A stretch of 64,000 nt of DNA from an uncultured Lachnospiraceae bacterium (GTDB lineage: Bacteria > Bacillota > Clostridia > Lachnospirales > Lachnospiraceae): assembly GCA_947174665.1 (NCBI GenBank), contig CAMWJV010000005.1, positions 356 to 64,355 on the forward strand. The letters run 5' to 3'. Below, one piece after another: positions 11,243 through 21,572 of the stretch (its first letter is position 1; each line of letters opens with the position of its first letter). Position numbers and translations under genes: made by a program. The notes under the pieces were generated by a model, which was not told where the DNA came from, made no database searches, and saw nothing but the letters and a program-made list of their open reading frames with translations.

Positions 11243-14200
11243 TCACTCGAAGTCCTCGTCTCCCTCGAAATCCGCTACATCGGAATCAAATTCCTCGTCG
11301 TCAAAGCTATCGTCGTCAGCGTTGACTAATTCGCCGCTCTCATCATCGAACTCCTGCGACTGATAGCCCATCCTGCCGAGAGAGTCGTTGTCATAATCGT
11401 CATACTTACGGTCTCCCTCCATCTCATAGCGGTAATCGGTATCGCCATAGTCAATTGTCTCCATGATCTCGACCTCGGTCTGGTCATCACGAAGCACTCT
11501 TACATCCAGTCCAAGAGCCTGGAGCTCCTTCAGCAAAACCTTGAAGGACTCAGGAATACCGGGCTCGGGAATATTATCCCCCTTGATGATCGCCTCGTAA
11601 GTCTTTACACGGCCGACTACATCATCGGACTTTACTGTCAGAATCTCCTGCAGTGTATAGGATGCGCCGTATGCTTCCAGTGCCCAAACCTCCATCTCAC
11701 CAAAACGCTGTCCGCCAAACTGTGCTTTTCCGCCCAGAGGCTGCTGGGTAACCAGGGAATAAGGGCCGGTAGAACGGGCATGAATCTTGTCATCCACCAG
11801 ATGATGCAGCTTTAAGTAGTGCATGTGTCCGATGGTGACAGGACTGTCAAAGTACTCACCGGTACGTCCATCGCGCAGATGAACCTTGCCGTCCCGGGAG
11901 ATAGTCACACCCTTCCATATACTTCTCTGCTCTTTGTTGTCATCCAGATACTGCATTACCTCAGGAAGCAGTTCCTCTCCGTGCAGACTCTCAAAAGTCT
12001 CGCCGGACCACTCTCTGCCGTCCGCTGTAGTATCCTTTCCTTCCGCCTTCCATTCCTTTGCCTCCGCGGCGTTAAAGGGAAGGTTCACATAATCGTTTGC
12101 CAGTCCCAGAGTGTCCATAATATCGGTCTCATTTGCGCCGTCAAACACAGGAGTGGAAACGTTAAACCCAAGCGCCTTAGCCGCCAGGGAAAGGTGAATC
12201 TCCAGTACCTGTCCAATGTTCATACGCGAAGGCACGCCCAGAGGGTTGAGCACAATATCCAGAGGACGTCCGTTTGGCAGATAGGGCATATCCTCCACCG
12301 GCAGCACACGGGATACCACACCCTTGTTGCCGTGACGTCCTGCCATCTTGTCACCTACGGAAATCTTTCTCTTCTGCGCAATATAGATACGGACAGCCAT
12401 GTTTACGCCGGGAGAAAGCTCATCACAGTTCTCTCTTGTAAACACCTTGGCATCCACTACAATACCATACTCGCCGTGAGGCACCTTCAGGGAAGTATCA
12501 CGAACCTCTCTGGCCTTCTCACCGAAGATAGCTCTCAGCAGCCTCTCCTCGGCAGTCAGCTCGGTCTCTCCCTTGGGCGTCACCTTGCCCACCAGAATAT
12601 CTCCGGCACGCACCTCGGCACCGATTCGAATGATGCCTCTGTCATCCAGATCCTTCAGAGCGTCATCACCCACGCCGGGAACGTCTCTGGTAATCTCCTC
12701 GGGCCCCAGCTTGGTGTCACGGGCTTCCGCCTCGTATTCCTCAATGTGAACGGAAGTATATACATCCTCCTGGACCAGTCTCTCACTCAACAGGACAGCA
12801 TCCTCATAGTTATAGCCTTCCCAGGTCATAAAGCCGATCAGCGGGTTCTTTCCCAGAGCAAGTTCACCCTTGGCAGTAGAGGGGCCGTCTGCAATAACCT
12901 GACCCTCCGCCACATGATCCCCCTTGAAGACAATGGGTTTCTGATTATAGCAGTTCGACTGGTTGGAACGTGAAAACTTGGTCAGCTTGAACTCAGCTTT
13001 CTCCCCATCGTCATAGGTTATGCGAATCAGGTTGGAGGACACATAATCTACCGTACCTGCCTTCTTTGCCAGAATACACATACCGGAGTCCTCTGCCGTC
13101 TTCGGCTCCATGCCGGTGCCCACCACAGGCGCTTCCGTAGTCAAAAGAGGCACCGCCTGACGCTGCATGTTTGAACCCATCAGCGCACGGTTTGCGTCAT
13201 CATTCTGCAGGAACGGAATCAATGCGGTAGCGACGGAGAATACCATTCTGGGAGACACGTCCATATAGTCAAACATGGAACGGGGATACTCGGAAGTCTC
13301 CTCCCTGTAACGTCCTGACACGGTATTGCGGACAAAATGTCCTTCCGCGTCCAGAGCCTCACTTGCCTGTGCCACATGGTAATTGTCCTCTTCGTCCGCA
13401 GTCATATATACCACTTCATCCGTAACCACCGGATTCTGCGGATTTGATTTGTCAATCTTTCTGTAAGGTGCCTCCACAAATCCATACTCGTTGATACGGG
13501 CATAGCTTGCGAGAGAGTTGATCAGGCCGATGTTGGGACCTTCGGGGGTCTCAATAGGGCACATTCTTCCGTAATGGGAATAATGTACGTCTCGAACCTC
13601 AAATCCTGCACGGTCTCTGGACAGACCGCCGGGGCCCAGCGCAGACAGACGCCTCTTGTGCGTAATCTCCGCAAGAGGGTTGTTCTGATCCATAAACTGG
13701 GACAGCTGGGAGGAACCGAAAAACTCCTTCACTGCAGCTGTAACAGGCTTAATATTGATCAGCGACTGGGGTGAAACATCATCCGTATCATGAGTAGTCA
13801 TGCGCTCACGGACCACTCTCTCCATTCTGGACAGACCGATGCGGTACTGGTTCTGCAGTAATTCGCCCACCGCACGGATACGCCTGTTGCCCAGATGGTC
13901 AATGTCATCGTCATTACCCAGACCGTACTCCAAATGTATGTTATAATTGATGGATGCAATAATGTCTTCCTTCGTAATATGCTTGGGAACGAGCTCATGT
14001 ACATTCTTCTTGATCGCTTCGGCAAGCTTCTCGGGGTCTGAGGCAAACTCCTCCAGAATCTGCTTCAAAACAGGGTAATATACCTTCTCATGGATGCCGA
14101 AATCCTTTGGATTGCAGTCCACAAAAGCAGTAATATCAACCATCATATTGGAAAGAACCTTGACATTTCTCTCCTCCGTCTGAATATAGACAAAGGGAAC

Positions 14201-15178
14201 AGCCGCGTTCTGAATGGTATCGGCCAGTTCCGCGCTCACCTTATCACCTGCAGAGGCAAGGACCTCGCCTGTGGAAGGATCCACTACATCCGCCGCCAGC
14301 ACCTGATGCCTGATCCTGTTCCTGAAAGCCAGCTTTTTATTGAATTTATATCTTCCGACCTTGGCCAGATCATATCTGCGGGGGTCAAAGAACATTGCGT
14401 TGATCAGACTCTCCGCGCTCTCTACACTCAAAGGCTCTCCGGGACGGATTTTTTTGTATAACTCTAACAGACCCTCCTGATAATTCTCAGCAGTGTCTTT
14501 TGCAAAACTCGCTTCAATCTTCGGCTCATCGCCAAACACTTCACGAATTTCGTCATTGGTACCGATTCCCAGAGCACGAACCAGCACAGTTACGGGAACC
14601 TTACGGGTTCTGTCCACGCGCACATAAAACACGTCATTGGAATCCGTCTCATACTCCAGCCATGCACCGCGGTTAGGAATAACCGTACAGGAGAACAACC
14701 TCTTGCCAAGCTTGTCATGACTGATCGCATAGTAAATACCGGGAGAACGTACCAGCTGGCTTACAATAACACGCTCAGCACCGTTGATGACGAAAGTTCC
14801 CGTCTCTGTCATCAGCGGAAGATCACCCATGAAAATCCTGTGCTCACTGATTTCTTCCTTCTCTTTGTTGTACAGGCGAACCGTGACCGTCAAAGGCGCT
14901 GCATAGGTCGCATCCCTCTCTTTACATTCTTCAATAGAATACTTCACATCATCCCTGCAGAGTTCGAAATCCACAAACTCCAGACTCAGGGAGCCGCTGT
15001 AATCAGCGATAGGAGAAATATCGTCGAAGACCTCACGCAATCCTTCGTCAAGGAACCACTGATAGGAGTCCTTCTGGACTTCGATCAGGTTCGGCATCTC
15101 CAGAACCTCTTTCTGTCTCGCATAACTCATACGCATAACCCTGGAACCGGCTACCGGACGTATTCTGTTTTTTTCCAT
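11243..15178 (-). CDS. rpoB: RNA polymerase beta subunit
   Basis: [39 protein letters not shown]; start 15178 preferred over 15184 from RBS spacing. Confidence 0.99.
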   Translation of the reverse strand: MEKNRIRPVAGSRVMRMSYARQKEVLEMPNLIEVQKDSYQWFLDEGLREVFDDISPIADYSGSLSLEFVDFELCRDDVKYSIEECKERDATYAAPLTVTVRLYNKEKEEISEHRIFMGDLPLMTETGTFVINGAERVIVSQLVRSPGIYYAISHDKLGKRLFSCTVIPNRGAWLEYETDSNDVFYVRVDRTRKVPVTVLVRALGIGTNDEIREVFGDEPKIEASFAKDTAENYQEGLLELYKKIRPGEPLSVESAESLINAMFFDPRRYDLAKVGRYKFNKKLAFRNRIRHQVLAADVVDPSTGEVLASAGDKVSAELADTIQNAAVPFVYIQTEERNVKVLSNMMVDITAFVDCNPKDFGIHEKVYYPVLKQILEEFASDPEKLAEAIKKNVHELVPKHITKEDIIASINYNIHLEYGLGNDDDIDHLGNRRIRAVGELLQNQYRIGLSRMERVVRERMTTHDTDDVSPQSLINIKPVTAAVKEFFGSSQLSQFMDQNNPLAEITHKRRLSALGPGGLSRDRAGFEVRDVHYSHYGRMCPIETPEGPNIGLINSLASYARINEYGFVEAPYRKIDKSNPQNPVVTDEVVYMTADEEDNYHVAQASEALDAEGHFVRNTVSGRYREETSEYPRSMFDYMDVSPRMVFSVATALIPFLQNDDANRALMGSNMQRQAVPLLTTEAPVVGTGMEPKTAEDSGMCILAKKAGTVDYVSSNLIRITYDDGEKAEFKLTKFSRSNQSNCYNQKPIVFKGDHVAEGQVIADGPSTAKGELALGKNPLIGFMTWEGYNYEDAVLLSERLVQEDVYTSVHIEEYEAEARDTKLGPEEITRDVPGVGDDALKDLDDRGIIRIGAEVRAGDILVGKVTPKGETELTAEERLLRAIFGEKAREVRDTSLKVPHGEYGIVVDAKVFTRENCDELSPGVNMAVRIYIAQKRKISVGDKMAGRHGNKGVVSRVLPVEDMPYLPNGRPLDIVLNPLGVPSRMNIGQVLEIHLSLAAKALGFNVSTPVFDGANETDIMDTLGLANDYVNLPFNAAEAKEWKAEGKDTTADGREWSGETFESLHGEELLPEVMQYLDDNKEQRSIWKGVTISRDGKVHLRDGRTGEYFDSPVTIGHMHYLKLHHLVDDKIHARSTGPYSLVTQQPLGGKAQFGGQRFGEMEVWALEAYGASYTLQEILTVKSDDVVGRVKTYEAIIKGDNIPEPGIPESFKVLLKELQALGLDVRVLRDDQTEVEIMETIDYGDTDYRYEMEGDRKYDDYDNDSLGRMGYQSQEFDDESGELVNADDDSFDDEEFDSDVADFEGDEDFE

Positions 15179-15247
15179 TGACATTTCACCCCGTTCTTTC
15201 TTTTATGCCGCCAAAAAGGCATAGCACAGCACAATAGTGCATCGTCT

Positions 15248-15276
15248 ATAATATCACAAATCGGTCAAGGGGTCAA
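15248..15276 (-). promoter_or_regulatory. sigmaA promoter for rpoBC
   Basis: TTGACC-17 bp-TATTAT with a TG extended -10. Confidence 0.7.
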
Positions 15277-15429
15277 GGACAGATTTTCAGGTTAATGCTT
15301 AACAGGGCAAATTTTCGGATTGTTATAAGCAGAAATTCTTGAGTTTTCACAGTTTTATTGTTACTGTCCAGCAGGGATTGGCTCAGAAAAAATAGAAGCT
15401 AATGTATCTAATAGATTTTGTCCACGTTT

Positions 15430-15800
15430 TTTGCAGTAGCAAGCAGGATACGTATAGCGCAATAGTCAACTGCTCCCTGCCAGTTGTACAGACCGTAGTG
15501 GTCTTTAAATTGACCTTCCCACCGGAAACATAAGCCACTCCCTCTGCCGCATCCGACAGCATGACATGTTCCGCTACACCCAGCCAGCTGCCCTTATTCC
15601 CCGGCTGTTCCCCTTGTTTCCTGCTGTTTTTTTACGGTTATTTGGCACCTGCTCAAACCCATTGCTGCTGGAGGGCTTGGAGAAGTTGGAGGAATCCTTT
15701 GCGATCTGTGATTTTAAGCGCAGTATCTCCTTGTCTTTTCTGATGCCAATCCCGACAGGGGAACGGCTGATTTTGTCATAGCTTTCTTCCACAGTCTCTT
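15430..15800 (-). pseudogene. IS66-family transposase N-terminal relic (DUF6444-like), frameshifted/deleted
   Basis: RLKSQIAKDSSNFSKPSSSNG matches the IS66 N-terminal KxSxNSSKPPSSDG motif; a shifted frame continues GEQPGNKG (GGQPGHKG-like); no DDE domain; boundaries approximate. Confidence 0.7.
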
Positions 15801-15862
15801 TTTATATATAAGACGCAAGTAAATTCAGCACCAATGCCTACCCTCTTTTCTCAATAAGAATA

Positions 15863-17302
15863 TTATATATTTTTAGACCATGCCCAACTGTCGAGTCTCC
15901 TTTGTCCATAAAATACTTGTTTTTCTTGAAAAAAATGAACACGGTTTTGAAACATTTGATTATCCTGGCCACTTAATTGAAACATCAAATCAATTATTGA
16001 TGTTTTCATATCTGAACAATATGGACATTTGCTAATAAAACTTCCGTTTGTGAAGTAGGCTTCGCCACGGCAACCACCTCCGCAGTAATACTTTACCGGA
16101 CACTTTTGGCAATCTGCTGAAAATGAATTCACATTAAGTTTGCGGAGTTTTTTCAGTAAGGGAGATGTTTTCCATAATGAATCAAGATTATCATATCTTA
16201 TATTCCCCAACTTAAGTTCTGAAATCATTGTATTGTAACATGGATAGACCGAGCCATCATAGTCAATCACCAAAGAAGCAGAACCAACACCGCAATATTG
16301 AAATTTTAAGTTCATAAGAAGGATTGCTCCTACATTCGCATAATCAGACCGTTCAACATAATACATATGCCTTGACGATTTCTTCGATATTTTTGAAAGT
16401 GTATTGTAAAATTCTATAAGATTCACTCGCTGCAATTGACTATCTTTGGCTCTGCTCAAAATATTAAGCGGATTAATTGCCACCTGCGCAACATTCAAAT
16501 CTACTGCTAAATCAATAAATTCTTCTAATTCTGATAAGTTGTCCTTATGAATTGTAATTGATAATTTTGTTATTACCCCGTGCTCTAATAGCCGCCTAAT
16601 TTTTTTAATTGTTGGATCGAAAGTGTTTTTTCCACGAATTAGCTCATGTGTTGATTCACGAGCTCCGTCAAGCGAAACAAGAAGTTCTGCCTTGCACTTT
16701 GATAATGCACTCATATACTCTTCTTTTATCAGCAATGCATTCGTGTTGACAAAAGGTTCTCCATTATTATCCGCAATATATTGGATTAACTCCATTATAT
16801 CCTCCCTTATAAACGGCTCACCCCCGGATAACAGAACCCTACGATCATAATGCTTGCTATCTGCCCAAGACATTACTAAACCAATGATCCGCTTTAATTC
16901 GGCAGTATTAAGTTCTTGACTGGCATTCTGCCCATTGTTTGCATCTGCATAACAATGGGAGCATTTTAGATTACATCGACGAGTCACGTTAATTACTGGA
17001 TTAGGTGGATTATTATCTATATCTATTGGGTTATAGTTTTCATCTTGTTGAATCGAAAACAAAGAAGCTGAATCAAATATCAAATATATTGTTTCAATCG
17101 TTTCTTTAGTTTCTTTATCCGAATACTTAAAATCATTAATCAATATTGTTTGTAATTCATCAAAAGATAAATCGTTAAGAAAAAAATTTACAATTGGCTT
17201 TAGAGACTTGTCACCAACAATCCAGAATGGCTTATCACCAAAAATACACAATATCTTATCGTCTTTTTCAAAGAATGTGGGCTCATAAAGAATGTGATTC
17301 AT
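15863..17302 (-). CDS. Radical SAM/SPASM peptide maturase with N-terminal RRE (PqqD-like) region
   Basis: CNLKCSHC (CxxxCxxC), SGGEP, SLDG; SPASM CGVG...GSVYPC...CQKC..KYYCGGGC...CPYC; ~85-aa beta3/alpha3-like N-terminus; start MNHILYEP at 17302 behind AAAGGCGG. Confidence 0.9.
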   Translation of the reverse strand: MNHILYEPTFFEKDDKILCIFGDKPFWIVGDKSLKPIVNFFLNDLSFDELQTILINDFKYSDKETKETIETIYLIFDSASLFSIQQDENYNPIDIDNNPPNPVINVTRRCNLKCSHCYADANNGQNASQELNTAELKRIIGLVMSWADSKHYDRRVLLSGGEPFIREDIMELIQYIADNNGEPFVNTNALLIKEEYMSALSKCKAELLVSLDGARESTHELIRGKNTFDPTIKKIRRLLEHGVITKLSITIHKDNLSELEEFIDLAVDLNVAQVAINPLNILSRAKDSQLQRVNLIEFYNTLSKISKKSSRHMYYVERSDYANVGAILLMNLKFQYCGVGSASLVIDYDGSVYPCYNTMISELKLGNIRYDNLDSLWKTSPLLKKLRKLNVNSFSADCQKCPVKYYCGGGCRGEAYFTNGSFISKCPYCSDMKTSIIDLMFQLSGQDNQMFQNRVHFFQEKQVFYGQRRLDSWAWSKNI

Positions 17303-17422
17303 AACTATAGTTCCGCCTTTCTGCGAAAGGCACCAATTAGGGAATGAAACCCGCAATCAATAGCATTCCGCTTAATGTTTTTCTTTGTTATATTCCTTTT
17401 CTGTTTCATTATTTTATCAATT

Positions 17423-18481
17423 TCACCGAACATAACGTACAAAGAAGTTGCAGAGACAAATCATAGTTTTATACATATCTTTCATTGTCTTCAGCGCATC
17501 ATGAACATACCACCCATCATTAAGCTTAAACCCCAAAGTTGTAATATAGTCTAAGAAAGGTATTGAATAATTACTGTTACTTCCAAGCCATAGGCTGTAA
17601 CAATCATGCTTTTTCCTGACTATTATGGATAACCTTTTTTCATGGTACCTATTTATTATCGCATCTATAAGTATTGAAGAATGACCTGTCAATGTAAATT
17701 TATCATTATCAATGCAACGGATCATTCCATCACCTAATGCTTCTTCCAAAAAATCCTTTTTAATTGACGGTTCACATTCAATGTCATCATAAGTAAAAGG
17801 ATACCCTCCCCAATCGACCGGATTGATATACCTTTTTTTTAACATCATATAAGTTGACGAATACTTTTCCAATGTTTTACTTTGAAATAAGCCTCGAAAA
17901 TTCATATCGGCAGAATACACAGCACCACTTCGATACTTTTGTCCATATTCTTTCAAAAAGTCAATAAATTCACCACTATATTCAGCCCAAAACGGATTCG
18001 AAACCGAAATAGAATCTAATAAAGCTTGTTCTAATTCACCGAACGTTTTACAATGATGCATAATTCTTTTAAGCGATTGATTCCAACTCCATTTCACTGT
18101 TTTATGTTCTTTTGCCATGTCCGGCGACATACCTGCAAGATGATAGAAGGAAACTTTTATATCGTTAGGCCGAAAACTTATTGTGTAAGGTATTTCAGCT
18201 GTTTTGTATATTACCTCACTTTCATATAATGCAAAATCTCGTACTGCCCTGTCCGTTACAAAATATGACCGTTCTGAACCAGTAAGGAAATTTGCGTATA
18301 AACATCCAATTATCTCATTATGAATATACTGTGGAGAATATCCAAGTGATACACCAATGTTGTTGATGTCCTCGGCAGAAATAAACCGTCCATGCTGCAC
18401 AGCCCATTTTAGTAGTTCATTATATAACATATGCCGTTTTGTATTAACATTTTGAAATAAATTCAGACCGACAGAATACAT
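17423..18481 (-). CDS. Hypothetical protein of the rSAM cluster (possibly two winged-helix repeats)
   Basis: 352-aa ORF with GGAGG RBS; no catalytic motif recognised; two wing-like segments (SYFVTDRA, KFTLTGHS). Confidence 0.75.
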   Translation of the reverse strand: MYSVGLNLFQNVNTKRHMLYNELLKWAVQHGRFISAEDINNIGVSLGYSPQYIHNEIIGCLYANFLTGSERSYFVTDRAVRDFALYESEVIYKTAEIPYTISFRPNDIKVSFYHLAGMSPDMAKEHKTVKWSWNQSLKRIMHHCKTFGELEQALLDSISVSNPFWAEYSGEFIDFLKEYGQKYRSGAVYSADMNFRGLFQSKTLEKYSSTYMMLKKRYINPVDWGGYPFTYDDIECEPSIKKDFLEEALGDGMIRCIDNDKFTLTGHSSILIDAIINRYHEKRLSIIVRKKHDCYSLWLGSNSNYSIPFLDYITTLGFKLNDGWYVHDALKTMKDMYKTMICLCNFFVRYVR

Positions 18482-18517
18482 ATTTCCTCCAAATTACCAC
18501 ATAAAATTATATGTAAA

Positions 18518-19153
18518 TTATTTCTTTTGAGCAACAAGACAATAGATGTCGGAGTTTATATCAATAGGTTCTATTATTCGAAAACCATACTCCTCCAACT
18601 TGTGACACAAGAACGTGCAACTGTATAAATGATATGTTACATCATATTTCGCCCCTCCCCAATGCTCGCAAATCGTCAGTTTGCACACATCATTTGCAGA
18701 TAATGATGGCTGTTTGTTTTCTACCATAAAAAGAAGACCATTGCGCCTTAACGATTTTGAAACATTATCTATAACACAATCTAATCTGCAACTCTCTATC
18801 ACAGATAACACAAAGCTTATTATTGCCATATCAAATAAACTTTCAAATTGCATCTGTTGTGTAATATCAGACTCCAAAACCTCAACAAAAGGATAGTTAA
18901 TTAACTTGCTTTTTGCTACAGATAACATAGCGACTGACTGATCAATTCCCAGGATTCTTTGCACTCCAATACTTGCAGATAATAACAGCCAATACCCATT
19001 ACCACAACCAAACTCAATAATACTTTCAACTTTATTTTGCTCAATAATGTTTGTCAAATGCTGTGCAATATCCTTATTTTCTGTGTTCTCTGCGGAATAA
19101 TAAACACTATCATATTCTTGTGCACACAAGTTGAAAAATTCTTTGCTATTCAC
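18518..19153 (-). CDS. Class I SAM-dependent methyltransferase
   Basis: IIEFGCGNG motif I, GIDQSVAML, FD..I.SFVL, LRRNG. Confidence 0.9.
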   Translation of the reverse strand: MNSKEFFNLCAQEYDSVYYSAENTENKDIAQHLTNIIEQNKVESIIEFGCGNGYWLLLSASIGVQRILGIDQSVAMLSVAKSKLINYPFVEVLESDITQQMQFESLFDMAIISFVLSVIESCRLDCVIDNVSKSLRRNGLLFMVENKQPSLSANDVCKLTICEHWGGAKYDVTYHLYSCTFLCHKLEEYGFRIIEPIDINSDIYCLVAQKK

Positions 19154-19192
19154 TGCTTTACCTCTACAACATTGTATTTATCAGCTACAAAA

Positions 19193-20635
19193 TTAGGTTT
19201 TTTGCAATAATAAGGTTTTAAAATGCCGTAAAAACATTGACAATGCAACCATCTTTATATTTTGATAGCCTAAAAAATTAATACTTTCCAAATCTTGAGT
19301 TGCAATAAACCCTTTGTTCAAACCATATACTGATTGAAGCAAAAAAAACGCATGAGGAGAAACCACACTAATGTCGTGTTCTATTTCCATAAATGACATG
19401 AGACTTGAACTCAAACTGTGAAAACCAATTTCGTTTGCAAAATCCTCTAACAAGCGGAAATCAATCGATGTTTCTTGATGATCACCCATAACCCTTGAAA
19501 TTTGAGGAATATTATCCGACTCGCTGTATTCTGAAACAAAAGCAATACCACCTGAAGATAACAGTTCCCAAAGCCGAGTAATAAGCTCAAATGCCCCAAT
19601 ATTAATATAATCACCCTCTAAGTAATTCATAGAAGTTGCTTTCGACCGAATAACTTCATTTGAACATTGTTTCAAAGTAATTGATGGCAAATCCGCGATA
19701 ACTTCATTACAGATTATCAAATCATATCTCTTTAACATAGTTGTTGGGGAATTCAAAATGTTATTATGTATATATTGCACTGGAATTCCATTATGCACCG
19801 TTCCGATTTTATTTCTCTGTGCAGCAAGCATAGATGCTGAAATATCACATATCGTATAATCACATATTCTATGAGACGGCGCAGTATCCAAAATACTCAA
19901 CGCAACATCTCCCAAACCAGCACCAATTTCAAGTATTGAAAGACCTATATTCTGATTTACTTCGCTTTCCATTTTATTATAGAGAATTTTAAATAAACAT
20001 TCCCCATATGACTTATTGTGCAAAATACTGGTTCTATTTCTTAACATATATGAAATAGTAGTCTCTATATCAGTAAATTGTCTTTCCACATTATCTTCGG
20101 ACAAATTTCGATAATAACTATCGTTATCAGTTTTACTCACAGGATTGTGAGAAGCCAAGCTAAATGTGTATCCCCCGAAAAAGTTATCAATATTTCTATT
20201 TCCTAATTTATCTGATAGCAACTTAATAATTTGATTTTCTGAAGAGATGCAAAAGTTCATGAACTCATAAACTTTTTCTTTTGGAATTTCACAGCAGTCC
20301 AGAATCTCACATATTGAAATGTTTCCATTACATAGAGATAATATAAAAGACAAATCCGCACTTACTTCAGTTTTAATAATATCATCATTCTTACCAAAAT
20401 ATACTAAACAATTCTCATTCCATATGGCATAAGGGGTCACAATAGGATAAAAATTTTGCAATTCATAAATGTCTTTTGCATAAAATCCCTCATGCAAGAA
20501 AAAAAGCCTTTCATCATGAGAAAATTCTCCTGCTTTATATCTATCTCCAAAAGCAGCGGGACAAGAGTATGAAACACCTGTCAATACATTTGTAATAATC
20601 ATATTATTATTATCTATGTCATAAATTGCATTCAT
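19193..20635 (-). CDS. SAM-dependent methyltransferase (MidA/NDUFAF7-like motif) with N-terminal RRE-like region
   Basis: ILEIGAGLG motif I, CDIS, LIICNEVIADLP; N-terminal ILSLCNGNISICEI resembles the PqqD/RRE helix signature. Confidence 0.75.
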   Translation of the reverse strand: MNAIYDIDNNNMIITNVLTGVSYSCPAAFGDRYKAGEFSHDERLFFLHEGFYAKDIYELQNFYPIVTPYAIWNENCLVYFGKNDDIIKTEVSADLSFILSLCNGNISICEILDCCEIPKEKVYEFMNFCISSENQIIKLLSDKLGNRNIDNFFGGYTFSLASHNPVSKTDNDSYYRNLSEDNVERQFTDIETTISYMLRNRTSILHNKSYGECLFKILYNKMESEVNQNIGLSILEIGAGLGDVALSILDTAPSHRICDYTICDISASMLAAQRNKIGTVHNGIPVQYIHNNILNSPTTMLKRYDLIICNEVIADLPSITLKQCSNEVIRSKATSMNYLEGDYINIGAFELITRLWELLSSGGIAFVSEYSESDNIPQISRVMGDHQETSIDFRLLEDFANEIGFHSLSSSLMSFMEIEHDISVVSPHAFFLLQSVYGLNKGFIATQDLESINFLGYQNIKMVALSMFLRHFKTLLLQKT

Positions 20636-20821
20636 ATTTACACTCTATCTTCCTTACGCTTTTAAGCCATCAACCTCTATTCGCCTATTAGATACTTATA
20701 TATAAAAAGCATTTCTCTCAAAAAGTTATGAATCAACAATATCATACTTTCAGATATGGTACTGGCACAGCAGTTTCTTAGCTTTATACATTTGATATGC
20801 TTCCGATAAAATCAATAACAG

Positions 20822-20847
20822 TATAGGGGGATATTAGTCCCCCTATA
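20822..20847 (-). terminator. Stem-loop after the precursor gene (leaky terminator or mRNA stabiliser)
   Basis: Perfect 10-bp inverted repeat TATAGGGGGA/TCCCCCTATA with 6-nt loop; only an interrupted U-tract on the minus strand. Confidence 0.75.
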
Positions 20848-20900
20848 TAACTTAAACATTATAATTCTTCATCCAATAAACGAACCTGAATCAACCTTAT

Positions 20901-21068
20901 TTATCCACGTAATGGTATTTCCTCTGGTTCTGGCTCAACCTTTCCATTCGGGTAACGTGCCACAAATAATTCCTTAAGAGAATTCGTCGCCCGAGGCATG
21001 GCATAAACAAAAATGTGATTACTGGACTGAACACCTTCCATTGTTAATAAATTTTCGGTCTTATCCAT
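20901..21068 (-). CDS. Unannotated 55-aa peptide, candidate RiPP precursor: MDKTENLLTMEGVQSSNHIFVYAMPRATNSLKELFVARYPNGKVEPEPEEIPLRG
   Basis: Manual translation; strong RBS AAAGGAGGG just upstream of ATG 21068; TAA at 20901-20903; first gene of the AT-rich rSAM/methyltransferase cluster; followed by a hairpin. Confidence 0.8.
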   Translation of the reverse strand: MDKTENLLTMEGVQSSNHIFVYAMPRATNSLKELFVARYPNGKVEPEPEEIPLRG

Positions 21069-21147
21069 ATGAATTCCCTCCTTTATAATCTCATGATTTT
21101 TCCTATCTTAAGTCAATAGAATAGCCCTTGTCGTCTAGTCAAAACCA

Positions 21148-21525
21148 TTATTTCAATGTAATCTTTGCGCCAACTTCCTCAAGCTTCTTCTTAAGCTCTT
21201 CAGCCTCTTCCTTAGAAGCGCCTTCCTTGACAACCTTAGGAGCTCCGTCTACAAGATCCTTAGCTTCCTTCAGGCCAAGGCCGGTTACCTCACGAACCAC
21301 CTTGATAACCTTAACCTTCTCTGCGCCAACCTCAGTCAACTCAACATCGAACTCGGTCTTCTCTTCTGCCTCTGCGCTTGCTGCAGGGCCTGCCGCTGCA
21401 ACCACAACGCCTGCTGATGCAGATACGCCGAACTCCTCCTCACAAGCCTTTACCAGGTCATTCAACTCTAATACGGTCAACTCTTTGATAGCATCAATCA
21501 GTTCCTGAGCTGTTAATTTTGCCAT
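21148..21525 (-). CDS. rplL: 50S ribosomal protein L7/L12
   Basis: [25 protein letters not shown]. Confidence 0.99.
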   Translation of the reverse strand: MAKLTAQELIDAIKELTVLELNDLVKACEEEFGVSASAGVVVAAAGPAASAEAEEKTEFDVELTEVGAEKVKVIKVVREVTGLGLKEAKDLVDGAPKVVKEGASKEEAEELKKKLEEVGAKITLK

Positions 21526-21572
21526 TTTTACTTTCCTCCATTTTCTTATTTGTTATTATGGTAACTTTTAAA

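Larger units (their letters stand above)
15400..21120. mobile_element. AT-rich island between rplL and rpoB (rSAM RiPP-like cluster plus IS66 relic)
   Basis: Strong AT enrichment; interrupts the usually adjacent rplL-rpoB region. Confidence 0.75.

Noticed and set aside
20640-20890. Second precursor peptide
   Set aside because: Minus-strand frames give only very short ORFs without a good RBS.
20901-21068. Sactipeptide/ranthipeptide (SCIFF) assignment
   Set aside because: The peptide contains no cysteine.
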